This document shows positions 1 through 15,564 of a stretch of 50,272 bases of DNA, one piece after another. How positions within the stretch are numbered: the stretch's first letter is position 1; each line of letters opens with the position of its first letter. Source of the DNA: Macrostomum lignano (Eukaryota); contig NIVC01003950.1 in the NCBI GenBank assembly GCA_002269645.1, positions 1-50,272 on the forward strand. The letters are read 5' to 3'. The position numbers and the translations under genes are program-made. The notes under the pieces were generated by a model. It saw nothing but the letters and a program-made list of their open reading frames with translations. It was not told the origin of the DNA and ran no database searches.

Positions 1-1400
1 TGCACATGTGCCTGGTAGCAGTGGCTGAAAGACGGTGGAAAACTTTGCAAGCTGCTTTGGCGCCGAAGGGAAGCCTGGTGTCGCAGAGCAGACTGTCCTG
101 GCTGTCCGAGTCAAACCGCCAGGCGAGGCCTACGAGCCCGTAGTTAGCAAGCCTGATTGGCACGGACCGGTAGGCGCTTTTGAGATCAATTTTAGCCATG
201 TAGTGTCCCGTAAGGAGATGACGAACCAGCTGCTGGACGGTGCAGTACTTGATGTGCTTCTGTTGGTCGTAGCAGTCGTTGACAGACTGGCTGGTCGGAT
301 AGGACAGGTCATGGATCAGGCGGACCCGCCCGTCGGACTTGGAACGGCGCCACAGCATACAGAGCGGTGCAGCAGGGCGGAGGCGTGGTTCTTGGACGAA
401 GTCAAAGGCGGTTGGCCAGAATTTGTGAGACAACGCCCAGCATCAGAAAGTCATGGTCTGTGTGTCGTCGTTGAGCAGAACACTCCAGGCGTCAGGATGC
501 AGGTCAGACGAGATGAGCAGCAAAGAAGCAATAGCAGAAAATTCGGTATTAAAATCAGGCAATCAGCTGGGTAAAATGGCATCAGTTGTTTGCACTCGCA
601 CCGGTCACGTGACCCGACAGCTGTCCGGTGAGTGATGGGTGCAGCGCCTGCGTGTGAGCATGGGCCGAATGCGATATCGCCAGGCAGCCTTGGATTTCGC
701 AGACGTGGCGGAACTTGCAGTTCTGGCGGGTGCACCCGCGACTCGGAGTTGAAGCGCAGACACATCGGCCTGGTTGCCGCTGGGATTTTCTGCTGGGCTG
801 CTTAGCGAACGTGAACCGCATGTTTCTGGGTGCGTTGACGGGTGACGTTGTACAGCTGAGGGGGGAATTTATGTGGTCTCTGCAGATCAGATGCAACTTG
901 CGAGTCGAGCCTGGCGAGCCTGGCAACTATTAGCGGCCTCCCTCATCCCAGATTCAAGAACCTCGGGGAAACTGCAGCAGACCGGCATGTGTAGGTGTTT
1001 TGCTCACCCGATGATGGCCGAGGCTGAGCCGTCAAGTGCTGCTGAGTGTGAATTGCTTTTGCTGAAGATCCCGCGATGACAGCCTTCCAGGATTTGAACC
1101 TGGGCGCCTCGCCCGCGCTGCCGATGCCGTCCTCGGCGTCCGGAGCAGAAATCATCTCGGAGATTCTTCGTCAGCTTGCTCTCTAGGCCGAGTGCTGCGG
1201 CCCGTAGTAGGCAGACCTCGATCTGTTTCGCAGCAGCTCAATCTTGAGTTGGCGCACGTTGAGTCGCTTCGGGTTGGCACTCATGGCGACGGGTGAGCAA
1301 AATGTGAGAAATGGCGGCGGAGACTTAATTAGACAGCAGCAGGACGCATGAGACTTAAGACAGCGGCACCCCGGTGCGTCTATGACTAACACACCTTACT
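1..1400 (-). mobile_element. Decayed Ngaro/DIRS-type tyrosine-recombinase retrotransposon (gag + RT N-terminus; continues beyond left edge)
   Basis: Manual minus-strand translation of ~340-1 gives KSDGRVRLIHDLSYPTSQSVND...HYMAKIDLKSAYRSVPIR...LLCDTRLPFGAKAACKVFHRL, the RLIHDLS / KxDLKxAYR / DTRLPFG motifs of DIRS/Ngaro RT. About 765-640 gives a CCCH-type finger (MCLRFNS..RGCTRQNCKFRHVC..C) typical of Ngaro ORF1. Frameshifts near 340 and 740 indicate decay. Confidence 0.85.
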
Positions 1401-1698
1401 CAGAGAGTAACGATTGCAGTAATGCGTATGTATACGCAGGCATACGTATTTGGCATGAAGCTCTGAAGCAGCTAACAATGCATGTACATGGTTTATATAT
1501 ACTACGTAACGCTCGTACATAATATATTATTAAAGCTGTGAGAAAGTCGCATTATATCCTTTAGTTTATTTTCAGACTAAGGATTAATCTTTGTTGCATT
1601 TTCCAGATCAACAACAACAGTGAAGGACGTATGACCGTGATTTGAAAGTACATTCACTTGAATGCAATTGTACAAATTCACAGGTTTTGAATATTTTC

Positions 1699-1732
1699 CA
1701 AGGACCACTGTTATATAATACAGTGGTCCTTG
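1699..1732. mobile_element. 34-bp TIR-only mini-element with 8-bp TSD (P/hAT-like)
   Basis: CAAGGACCACTGT (1699-1711) + TATATAAT + ACAGTGGTCCTTG (1720-1732) form a perfect 13-bp inverted repeat, flanked exactly by ATATTTTC at 1691-1698 and 1733-1740. Confidence 0.55.
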
Positions 1733-3299
1733 ATATTTTCATGATAGCCCACCTCCATGTAGCCCCATGCTCTAATACAGATACTAATACAAGGATCAAT
1801 GCAATTTAAGCCTAGAAAAAAAATCTTTACAGAATTTTGTTTTCATACATGTAATTCCAAACAAATGTCAACTGTGTAGACTGCCGGAAGTTGTATATAC
1901 GAGTAGATTGTTCATAACAAAAGGAAGTAATATTGTATTTATTCAATGCACCTGATGCGAAAATATTAAAATTATACAAAACCAAAAACATACAACACAT
2001 GCATATCTAGAAGCCAAAATTTAGATTTTAGGGCCTACGCATATTTGATCATTGAGCTAGGCCGTTGCTTCCTTTCTTGGAAATATAGATCTAGATTCTA
2101 CTTTAAAGATTCTCAAGATTCTTCTAAAGATTCTAAAGATCCAGGATCATTCGAAGGCTAGGCTCTAAGAAATAAATGATTTTTCTATTTAAATGATGAG
2201 GTTTATTTAGATAAAATGTAAATAATTCATGCGCGAAATATGAAATTATTGCTTAAAATGAATGCCAAATGAGCCTCGAATTCTAGAAGCTTCAAGGTTT
2301 TGATATTTATTAGGCTATACGAGTAATGAGTTTTTATAAAAAGTTTAATTATAATTATAAACATGATTATAATAATAAGGTGCAGTTTATTTACCTTTGG
2401 CTTTATTTTATAGTTTGTTATATTTAGTTTTAAAAAGAATGCAAAAATCAAACTATTCTTTTAAAATTTAAGTCTTCATTGACCACTACACTAGTCACTA
2501 GAGTAGCTTATAGGCTTATGGCTTAGGCCTAGCATTTTTTGGGGTGCTAATCAATTTGACAATGGAGATAATGAGAGATTAACTAAGGGCAGATTTGTCA
2601 AAAGCCAAATAAGTTTTTCATTATAATTCAATAATTGTAAATTTAAATTTAAAATGATTTAATTGGTATTGCAGCCTATTTTTTTTAGTTTACTATATTA
2701 ATCAGTATATATTAGAAAAATTTTCCTAATATTTTTAAAATGGCAATCCTACACTTCTGTTCGGTAAATTATTTTGACACTGAATTTTAAACAGGCGTGT
2801 TAAATAACAATGTAACCAAACAAAACTGAAACAGTGGAACATGGTAGCAGTCTGTTAGAGCGCATAGTCACTTAGAGTGTGTCTGCAGGTCATTAAAGTG
2901 TCTACAATAGATAGTAATGTCCAATCCAGTATAGGATAGCCCCAAATGGACATTGGGGATACAGACAACGCCAAATTGAAGCTAAAAAAACAAGCAGCCC
3001 ATAAGCAACAGCTCCCTTAAACTGACACCCCCTTAAACTCTGTTCGCTCAAACTTTTGGCCATAGACACAATGCCAATCAACGTCCATACATGCGCAACT
3101 GCTGGCCGACCTGGCCGATCCGGCCACCGTAAATCGTGGCTGACCAGGGGTAAGTCGCAAAATTGAGTCAACCAAAAACAGAAAAACACAAGAACCAAGA
3201 AAGGCAAGAGGAAAGCAAAAGAAAGAGCAGTTCAGGGAAAATGGTGAAGCAAAAGAAAAACAATTCGCAAAAGAAGCAAACTAAGTTGTAAAAATAATC

Positions 3300-3575
3300 A
3301 GGTAAGTCGCAAAAAGGATTAAGTAAGTCGCAAAAAGGATTAGGTAAGTTGCAAAAAAGATTAAGTAAGTCGCAAAAAGGATTAGGTAAGCCGCAAAGGA
3401 TTAGGTACTGGTAAGTCGCAAAAAGGATTAGGTAAGTTGCAAAAAGGATTAAGTAAGTCGCAAAAAGGATTAAGTAAGTCGCAAAAAGGATTAGGTAAGT
3501 CGCAAAAAAGATTAAGTAAGTCGCAAAAAGGATTAGGTAAGTCGCAAAAAGGATTAGGTAAGTGGCAAAAAGAAG
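3300..3575 (+). repeat. 21-bp minisatellite AGGTAAGTCGCAAAAAGGATT, ~13 copies, inside the TIR element
   Basis: Direct reading of tandem units; explains the spurious ORFs LILFATY / PNPFCDL. Confidence 0.9.
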
Positions 3576-3747
3576 CAACTAAGTCGCAATAAGAAGGAGG
3601 TAAGTCACAATCAGAGGCAATCAGGGGGTAGTAGGTGCAAGTGTGGCAGGAGAGCAAAAACAGAATAGAAGCCTTCAACCATAGACAAGATCTTTGAAAT
3701 CAGAAGCCCGCGTCAACAGTTTCCCATTGATTTCTTAAACTCTGGAG

Positions 3748-3800
3748 CAGGGGTTGGCAAACTCCGGCTCGCGAAGCCCCTCTATCTGGCCCTCGCCCCT
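3748..3800 (+). mobile_element. Isolated hAT (Charlie-like) terminus fragment
   Basis: CAGGGGTTGGCAAACTCCGGCTCGCGAAGCC resembles canonical Charlie-type hAT ends; no partner end found in the window. Confidence 0.45.
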
Positions 3801-3837
3801 CGGGTTCTTTGAAACTTCTTAACTAGCAAGGTTGGTG

Positions 3838-4520
3838 TCTCTTCAACTCTCATCTCTCTCTTCTTCTCTACCTTGCCTCCCCTCTTCTCTCTCTCCCCCT
3901 TTTCCCTCTTCTCTCTCCTCTCATTTTTACTCTCCTCTCTTCTCCCCCTTTCTCTCTACCCTTTCTCCTCAATGCCCTCTTCTCTCCTCTTATCTTCAGT
4001 AAAAATATGTGCATATTTTCTTACTTCAAAGTAGAGGGAATAGAAGATTAGAGATAAGCAAACAGAGGAGAGGCGAGCGATGCGATGGGAGAAAAGATAG
4101 AAGAGGAGAGAAAAGCTGAGGGAGGAAAAAAGAGATGAGAGAAGAGGAGATTAGAGGAAAGAGGAAAGAAAAGATGATGGATGAGATCAGAAGAGAGGAA
4201 AGAGGAAAGAGGAGAGAGTAGATGAGAGAAGAGAGGATAAAGAGGAAATGAGAGAGAGTGAAGAGAGGAGAGATGATAGAGTAGAAAAGAGAGGAGAGAT
4301 AAGATGAGAGAGTAGAGTGGAGAGAGACGAAAGGGAAGATAAGATGAGAGAGTAGAGTGGAATGAAGAGAGACGAGAGGAGAGATAAGAATGTAGAGAGG
4401 AGACAGAAGAGATAGGAGAGGAGAGGAAAGAGAGGAGAGAGGAGAGGAAAGAGAGAAGGGATAATGGATGAGAGAGAAAAGAAAAAGAGGATGAGAAGAT
4501 TGAGGAATGGAGAGAATTTG
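3838..4520. repeat. Low-complexity CT-rich tract (3838-~3995) followed by GA-rich tract (~4030-4520)
   Basis: Direct composition; produces the Ser/Leu/Phe-rich spurious ORFs 4026-4532 and the tail of 4048-4749. Confidence 0.9.
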
Positions 4521-6206
4521 CAAAGGCCTCAAATCTTAGTTTAACATGCATTACTCCCATCTTTGCCTTTTTCCTAATGCTAACAAGTTTTTGTTTGAGC
4601 ATGACTTCAAATTTAGAATCTATGCAAAAATAGTTCCGGGAATTAGAATTCAGTGGTTTAAAAATCTGTGGGTTTTCACAGCTTGTATCTCTACTGGATT
4701 CGTATTCTGCATCTGATGAGCCATCTGAATCAGGGCTCTCATCTTCCATGCCAAATCGTCTAGCAAATCGTTCTTGAGCTATAGGTCACACTGTATTCAC
4801 TTCACTTACTTCTGGACATTCATGAATCATGACTTTTTAGTATGCTCACTACACTGTACTGACAATTTACTAATTGCTTCATGCCGCCACTAGATGACAT
4901 ACTGATTAGCTGTTATAAAAACGCGGAATCTGCACGCAGCACTAATTAGCTGGCGAGGCATTTAGCTTTAAGAATATGGTCATAGTTACTCCTGCCGTTT
5001 ACCTAAAGTTTTTGCTTGGCTCTTTCATAGGTAAGTCGCATTTTTTATCAAAAACTAAGTCGCACGGCCAGCGTAATTTCAGAAGTTGCGCATGTATGTC
5101 AACGTCATTTGACTCGGTGGTACGAATTCAAATGTTAAAATAATTTACCGAACGGAAGTGTAGGATTGCCTTTAAAACAATGTCAATGATATTTTTAGTC
5201 AATGTAGGCCTATATAAAGTGGGGGTGGAGTAAAAAAAAAATTGGTATTGGTATTTGATTTGAAATTTGGTTCTTGGGTTTTCTTTGAAAGCCGGTTGGT
5301 ATTGCATTTGCACAAATAAATCCAGAAAATTGCACAGACAAATCACAACAAATTACTGAATTAACAAATCTTCTGTTTTACTCCGACAGCTGGGTTTTCA
5401 AGTCTAGGGGGAGAGTAGTCGTAATTGTAATGGAGTGGTTGTAAAAGCAGCATGGTTGTTCAGTAGATGATGAGCACCGGAAATCCTGACACTGTGAATT
5501 AGGCTACTGTGTCAATTTGCTAAGCTTGTTACTTTCAGTAGGGTAGTTGCTGCTACAACCATAAATTATGTATTATAGAACGAATAAGTCTCAGAGTTTT
5601 CTTTGAGATGAGATCTTTGGTTATTTTATGTCCTATAGAAGTTTATTAGGTATTGTTTATTAGTGAATCAGCAGGCTTATTAAAAAAAATTAATAATGCT
5701 TTTACTAAATAAACTTATTGCTACAGATTATGTTTAAAACAAAGATGATATTTGCGGGCGCCAGTGCGGAAAGGCTAGTTAAAAGTAAAGTTGAACTAAA
5801 CTGGCAATACGCAGAACAAAACAAGGGAACAAAACAAAAAACAGGAAAACAGAAACCACAGGAAAAGAAAAAAACTAACATTAGGCGGCACATCATAGGC
5901 TATATAAGTATTAATAAGGGAGGTCGCAGTCAACGAGTGGGGCAGTTGCTGGTCACACCAACGGACCAAAAGTCCCGGGTGTGGATACTACGGATAGAAC
6001 GGCTTACTAACATGCAAAAATGAAAAATAAAACAAAATTTTGAACAAAATTCTAGCGGGGGGGGGGGAAACTGCTTTTCCATAGAATGGGATAACAAAAA
6101 ACATTTGCTAGACCTCCAATTGACAGAAAAATGACAAAAAATAATCAGCAAGTGGACAAGAAAGTTAATGTTTGTAGCAGTGTAAAAGGGTTATTAAAAT
6201 GAATGG

Positions 6207-7005
6207 TTAGTTAAAATTCAAAACTAAACTAGTGGCACCCAATTGCCACATGCGTGGGGTAGCCGGCAGTTGAAAAACTTTTAGCAGCAGCCGCTGCCTC
6301 CTTGTCCTTGGTGTCCGTGGCTGGCTGCTCGGCCACCTTGTTGCCCCGGGCCAGGTTCTTGGGGTTGGTGGTTCTTGAAATCCGGGGTTGGTCACTGGCC
6401 AAGCTGGCAATTCAGGCATTTTTGCAAAAGTATTCAATTTGGGGGGTAATGCCTCCCCTGTGAGTTGGGTGCTCAAATATTTGCAGATTACACTACAGCA
6501 GGGTCTAATCTGCTGGCCGTGAGTGTAGTTTTGCAGCCTCTTACCAATGAGTGTGGCTGTGGATTTTAGGGCCTGCATGATGTCATGAGCCGGGAACTGC
6601 CAGGCAAGGCTGCTCCAGTTTTGACAGTTGTTTGCAGCTTTAGATCCTAGGCCGCTCGCTATCTCCTAGTATAGTAACTCTACCAATTGTTGCGTGGGCT
6701 CTAAGGCGGCTGCGGCCAGGGCCTCTGAGTTGTTGAGCTAGGCATCTGGCCATCTCTGGCTGGTGTCGTCATGCCAGTCAGCCAGTGGCAAAGGTGGCAT
6801 CAAGTAGTCTAGCTCCAAGAGCCGCACAATATCATCGAGCTCGTTATGCATGGGGTGACAGCACAGCACGAACCCGGTCAAGCAAGGGGTCTGGCCATGG
6901 GTCTGGGCTTGGATTTGGCCCATTGGAACTCCATCTTCCTCAAGTAGCTTGAGTAGCGGTTGCTGTCTAGGTGGAGCTTTGCCTCCCCACATTGGGTCGT
7001 CGTAC
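6207..7005 (-). pseudogene. Decayed reading frame of unknown origin (possibly TE-derived)
   Basis: ORFs 6738-7391 and 6207-6578 are in the same frame, separated only by two TAG codons: MYDDPMWGG...NELDDIVRLLELDYLMPP...WPDA*LNNSEALAAA...LLY*EIASGLG...DIMQALKSTATL. No family recognised. Confidence 0.3.
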
Positions 7006-8669
7006 ATGATAGAGACAGATGATATTCGAGGAAGCAAAAGGGGAATAAATATGGTAAGCAAAAATATAAGATATGTATAGGAACAATATGAAATTGTACA
7101 AAATTGGCTGGCAGAATATAGTAATTGATAACAATATGAGCGCAAGTAATAATTACAATGAGAAAAATCAGTCCAAGCCAAGTCACAGTTTAAATACTCC
7201 AAAGGTTGTCCACTGGATAGACAAAGGGGAGGGGTCCAACCAAAGGAACTAGCCACCACTTGTATGCACTCTAAGGTGGGTACGCACAGGGATATGGTGG
7301 ATAAATGAAACAAAAAAGCAATAAAACAGATAACCATGCAGCAAGGGGGTCCAAAATCAAATGAAATGAATGGGGTGCCTGAGCGGCTCACATAAGATGG
7401 GTTGGCAGTTAGAATAGCTGAATAGCGCGTAAACAGTAACTTGAAATAGATAGAAAATGTGGAAGCAATTGGCTAGCTCTTTCATACTAAGATAATATTG
7501 AATGAACAGTTTAGCGACTGGGGCTCCATAAGGAGTTACAGGAGCAAGGGCACACAAAATGGCACTGGGAAAGGGAGCCTAAATTGGCTGCCCATAAAAC
7601 ATTCCTAGGCTTGAGCAAAATTCAACAAAGAGCAGGGGTCAAGTCATCTCAAATGCCCTCCGCTGAGGACAAGGTCTGGATCCAAGGCGCTTGACCTAAA
7701 TAGGGCACAGACAGATTGGCCCATAAATGGCGGGCTCATAAAATAGCAGAAAGAGGGAGGGACCTTCAGTTTTAATCAAACTGGAAGGTTTACAAGAGTG
7801 ATTGCTTTTCTCCCAGAAGCATAAGGAAAATGGGATACTTCTACACTTTGATTGCATGCTAAGAAGTTTACAGAGAAGGGGATGCACAAAATCATATGAA
7901 AATGTAAGATAATGGTTTTACCATATCGCATTTAATAAATATGGTTGCATTGATTAAATATTGTCACATTAGTGCATGCTTTTACTGCAAAGCATAAATA
8001 TATAAACAATGCAAGGGTGCTGATTAATGAACCGCGTTGGATAAATAGCAACATTATATATGAGCATGAAAACTGTACAAATATACACTGCTTTAACCAG
8101 AAAGCATAAGGAAATGGCAAAATGAAAATTGACAACAGCTTTTATCCCTGAAGCATAAGGAAAAGTACATTGAAATTAAAATTTGATGCCTGCTTTTATC
8201 CGGAAAGCATAAGGAAAAAAGAAACTCAAACGGAAAATCAAGATTGGCTTTTAGCACAGAGCAGGTGCAGAGAAAGCTTATAGCAAAATTAAAATTAGAA
8301 TGCATTCGCAAAATTAACTTCTAACTAGTAATGCGCTTCAAAAGTTAGCAACTTGGCGCAACAGAAAATTCATAGGTAAATACCTTTTCAGACTTCAATC
8401 TCCATGCCGATATTGGGCAGATCCGGGTCGCCTTCAAGCAGCACTTCTGAATTTTGATTGACTTAATTATCAGGTTATATAATGCCAACTTTTAAAGACA
8501 ATGGCATACTGGGTTATATAAGTATTTAGGCAAGACTACATTGTATATAAATTGAATCATGTCTTGGCATAAAGATAATATCTATCTGTCATTTGAGACT
8601 TATTCATTAGGATGCTATATCAAGCTACAGACTCATTAATTGGTATAAAATTTCACTGCATACTCACTA

Positions 8670-8925
8670 ATCAGGATGAGATGTCATTTGAGACTCATTA
8701 ATCAGGATGAGATGTCATTTGAGACTCATTAATCAGGATGAGATGTCATTTGAGACTCATTAATCAGGATGAGATGTCATTTGAGACTTATTGATCAGGA
8801 TGAGATGTCATTTGAGACTCATTAATCAGGATGAGATGTCATTTGAGACTCATTAATCAGGATGAGATGTCATTTGAGACTCATTAATCAGGATGAGATG
8901 TCATTTGAGACTCATTAATCAGCAC
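8670..8925 (+). repeat. 31-bp minisatellite GAGACTCATTAATCAGGATGAGATGTCATTT, ~8 copies
   Basis: Near-identical tandem units ending ~170 bp upstream of the PAK ATG. Confidence 0.92.
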
Positions 8926-9093
8926 GAGAATCGAGATGGGACTAGAGACTGAACAATCAGAATGAGATCCCAGTGGGGCTTCCAGTTAACCAAAGTGCCA
9001 TTTCAATGACACTTCATGATAAACTAAACAGTCTTGGCAAAGAAAGCAAAGCATCGAAGCTTTTAGAAGATCAAGGGAGCCATACCGAAAGCA

Positions 9094-13338
<4,245 letters not shown>

Positions 13339-13479
13339 TGGCAGCCCACATCTGGCTTAAAAATGATCCTATCGCTTCTCAAGGCCTGAGAGTGCTTCTG
13401 AGCTGGGACTTTCTAGGTTAGGCTCTCCTCAATTGGGATTCCTCTGAATAATATTTCACTAAACTGGCGTTTAACCTTG

Positions 13480-13790
13480 TGATTCCCTGAATTTGGGTTT
13501 CCCCAATTGGAATTTCCCTACTTTGGATTTCCCTACTTGGGATTTCCTTAGGTGGGATTTCCCTAGGTGGGATTTCTTTAAGTGAGATTTCCCTAGGTGG
13601 GATTTCCCTACGTGGAATTTCCCTACTTGGGATTTCCCTAGGTGGGGTTTCCCTAAGTAAAATTTCCCTACTTGGGATTTCCCTAGGTGGGTTTCCCTAC
13701 TCTGGATTTCCCTAGGTGGGATTTCCCTACTTGGGATTTCCCTAGGAGGGATTTTTCTTAATTGGAACTTACCTAATTAGGCTTTCCACA
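13480..13790 (+). repeat. 15-bp degenerate minisatellite GGGATTTCCCTAGGT just 3' of the PAK stop
   Basis: About 18-20 units; the unit contains the self-complementary GGGATTTCCC. Confidence 0.8.
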
Positions 13791-15243
13791 AAGAGGGATT
13801 CTCCACGACTTTTTTATTTTATTTTGGTATTTCCTAAACTGCGATACCATCCTGTGGTTCAACAGTAATTTCTTTCACATGGAATTCTTAGAAACTGGGT
13901 TTTCTCCAGATGGGATTCTCTTCAACAGTTTTAGAATTCTACTATGCCAGGCAATAATCTCAATTTCTAGTTTGAATATTATTTTATTTGGATTAGAAGT
14001 TTCCTCATTAGCCACTTGGCTCGCTGCATATTTGTCACGCGCTTCTGGTTGAGCAGTTCAGCTCTCTCGAGACAGGAATCAATTGGTTTAAATCGTTACC
14101 GACTGCCACCGCAGGACCCAGTTTATGCTTCCTAGCTGCGGAGTTTGTATAATCATTTTGTTTTTTCTGCTTTTATTACTTAATGCCCGGAAGTACCTGT
14201 CTTTAGTTATCGTTTCTCGTTAACTTCAAACTTTCAAATTTCTAGTGAATTTTTCGAATTAATCAGTACATTTCGCACTTTTTAATAGGATGCCGAACTG
14301 TGTTGGGATTAAATAGAAGCAGTTGCTAAATTTGAGCAATCAAGTCTCATTTATGTTGCAAAATTCCACCTAAATTTATTTGTTTTTTTCGCAGAATTTA
14401 CATAGCATACTACTTGTTAATATTTTCATGCGTGCTTGTTTAATATGCTTGCCAATTTATTGCAGATAGATAGATAAGTCTGTTTCTAGCAATGAATAAT
14501 ATCCGTACTTTTTATAATGGTTATAAGGACTGCTAGATTAGCAATCCATGGTTACTTTTAGTCTACGGGTAAGTTTTCATTATAGCTGGTGCTTGATCAG
14601 AATTTAATATTGTGGATGAATTCTATGAAGATAGTTGCTATATTCTGTACTTACTACTCAATAATTATGTTCCAATATAGTAGGTGGACAAGCTGAAAGC
14701 TAAATTTATTTTTAACTAATTTTAATGCTTAACTATGAAACGTGCACAAATATTTAAATAAGAATTACATGTAAAACAAAGACCTCGTCTTTTGAACAAA
14801 GGAATTTTATGTACAGGTTTTGAATCCGCACATTTTTAGCCTAATCACGTACTTTTGTTAGTAATATAATTTTGTACTTTTATTTTTTCTCTAGATTTCA
14901 ATTGTTAAAATAGTAATATTATATAAAATGCTTAATAGTACAGAATATTCGCCTATCAACATGTTATAAAGCTAAATTTTTTATGCGCATATTTATTATG
15001 TCTATATTTTACACATGATGGATTGTCATTGAAAATATACAATCCTCCACATTCACTGATTCAGAGGAGCGCTTCTCTTGCGTTTCCAATTCGCCTCTTT
15101 TGCTGTTGGTTTTTGCTCTAGAATTGAAAGCTTTTTTTGTTAAAAATTTTGTCCAGATTACTGAATTGAAGATCGATTTTTCATTTCTTTTTCGATATTG
15201 AAATTGATATCGAAATATGGGAGGCTTGTGCTCCAGAATCGGC

Positions 15244-15555
15244 ATTGGAGCTTGTCGTGAGATGCACCACCCATGCGAGCCAATCCGCAAAGCGCAGAGA
15301 GTACATCTCTGACGATTAGAAAGTCAGGGGCGCTGTACATGTACACCCTGTGTGAGCGGGTGCCTGCACGTGCGACGTATTCGTGTGCATCTGCGGGTTT
15401 TTTAAGTGTCAGTGGATTGGGCCCATGCTTGGGCGCAACCTAGGGATTCACCTATTGGACGGAATAGTAGTCACGTGACTGCTCTTGGCCAATAACGACT
15501 TACACGTGTGTTGCCAATAGAAACGGCCGAGTGATGGTTGCGCATGTATGATTGG
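15244..15555. promoter_or_regulatory. Promoter-like cluster of CCAAT boxes and E-boxes
   Basis: ATTGG/CCAAT at 15244, 15280, 15416, 15454, 15489, 15514, 15551; CACGTG at 15367, 15472 (within GTCACGTGAC 15470-15479) and 15503; locally CpG-rich. Confidence 0.5.
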
Positions 15556-15564
15556 GCCCCTGTT

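Larger units (their letters stand above)
3086..5098. mobile_element. Non-autonomous cut-and-paste DNA transposon (hAT- or P-like), 2013 bp
   Basis: Perfect 15-bp TIR CATACATGCGCAACT (3086-3100) / AGTTGCGCATGTATG (5084-5098), with further subterminal match GCTGGCCG. The 8-bp TSD TCAACGTC lies at 3078-3085 and 5099-5106. The motif TAAGTCGCA recurs near both ends. Confidence 0.75.

Noticed and set aside
35-574. 179-aa + strand ORF
   Set aside because: Antisense shadow of the Ngaro/DIRS RT.
1600-1655. Possible terminal exon INNNSEGRMTVI* after TTTTCCAG
   Set aside because: Too short, and no upstream exon is visible in the window.
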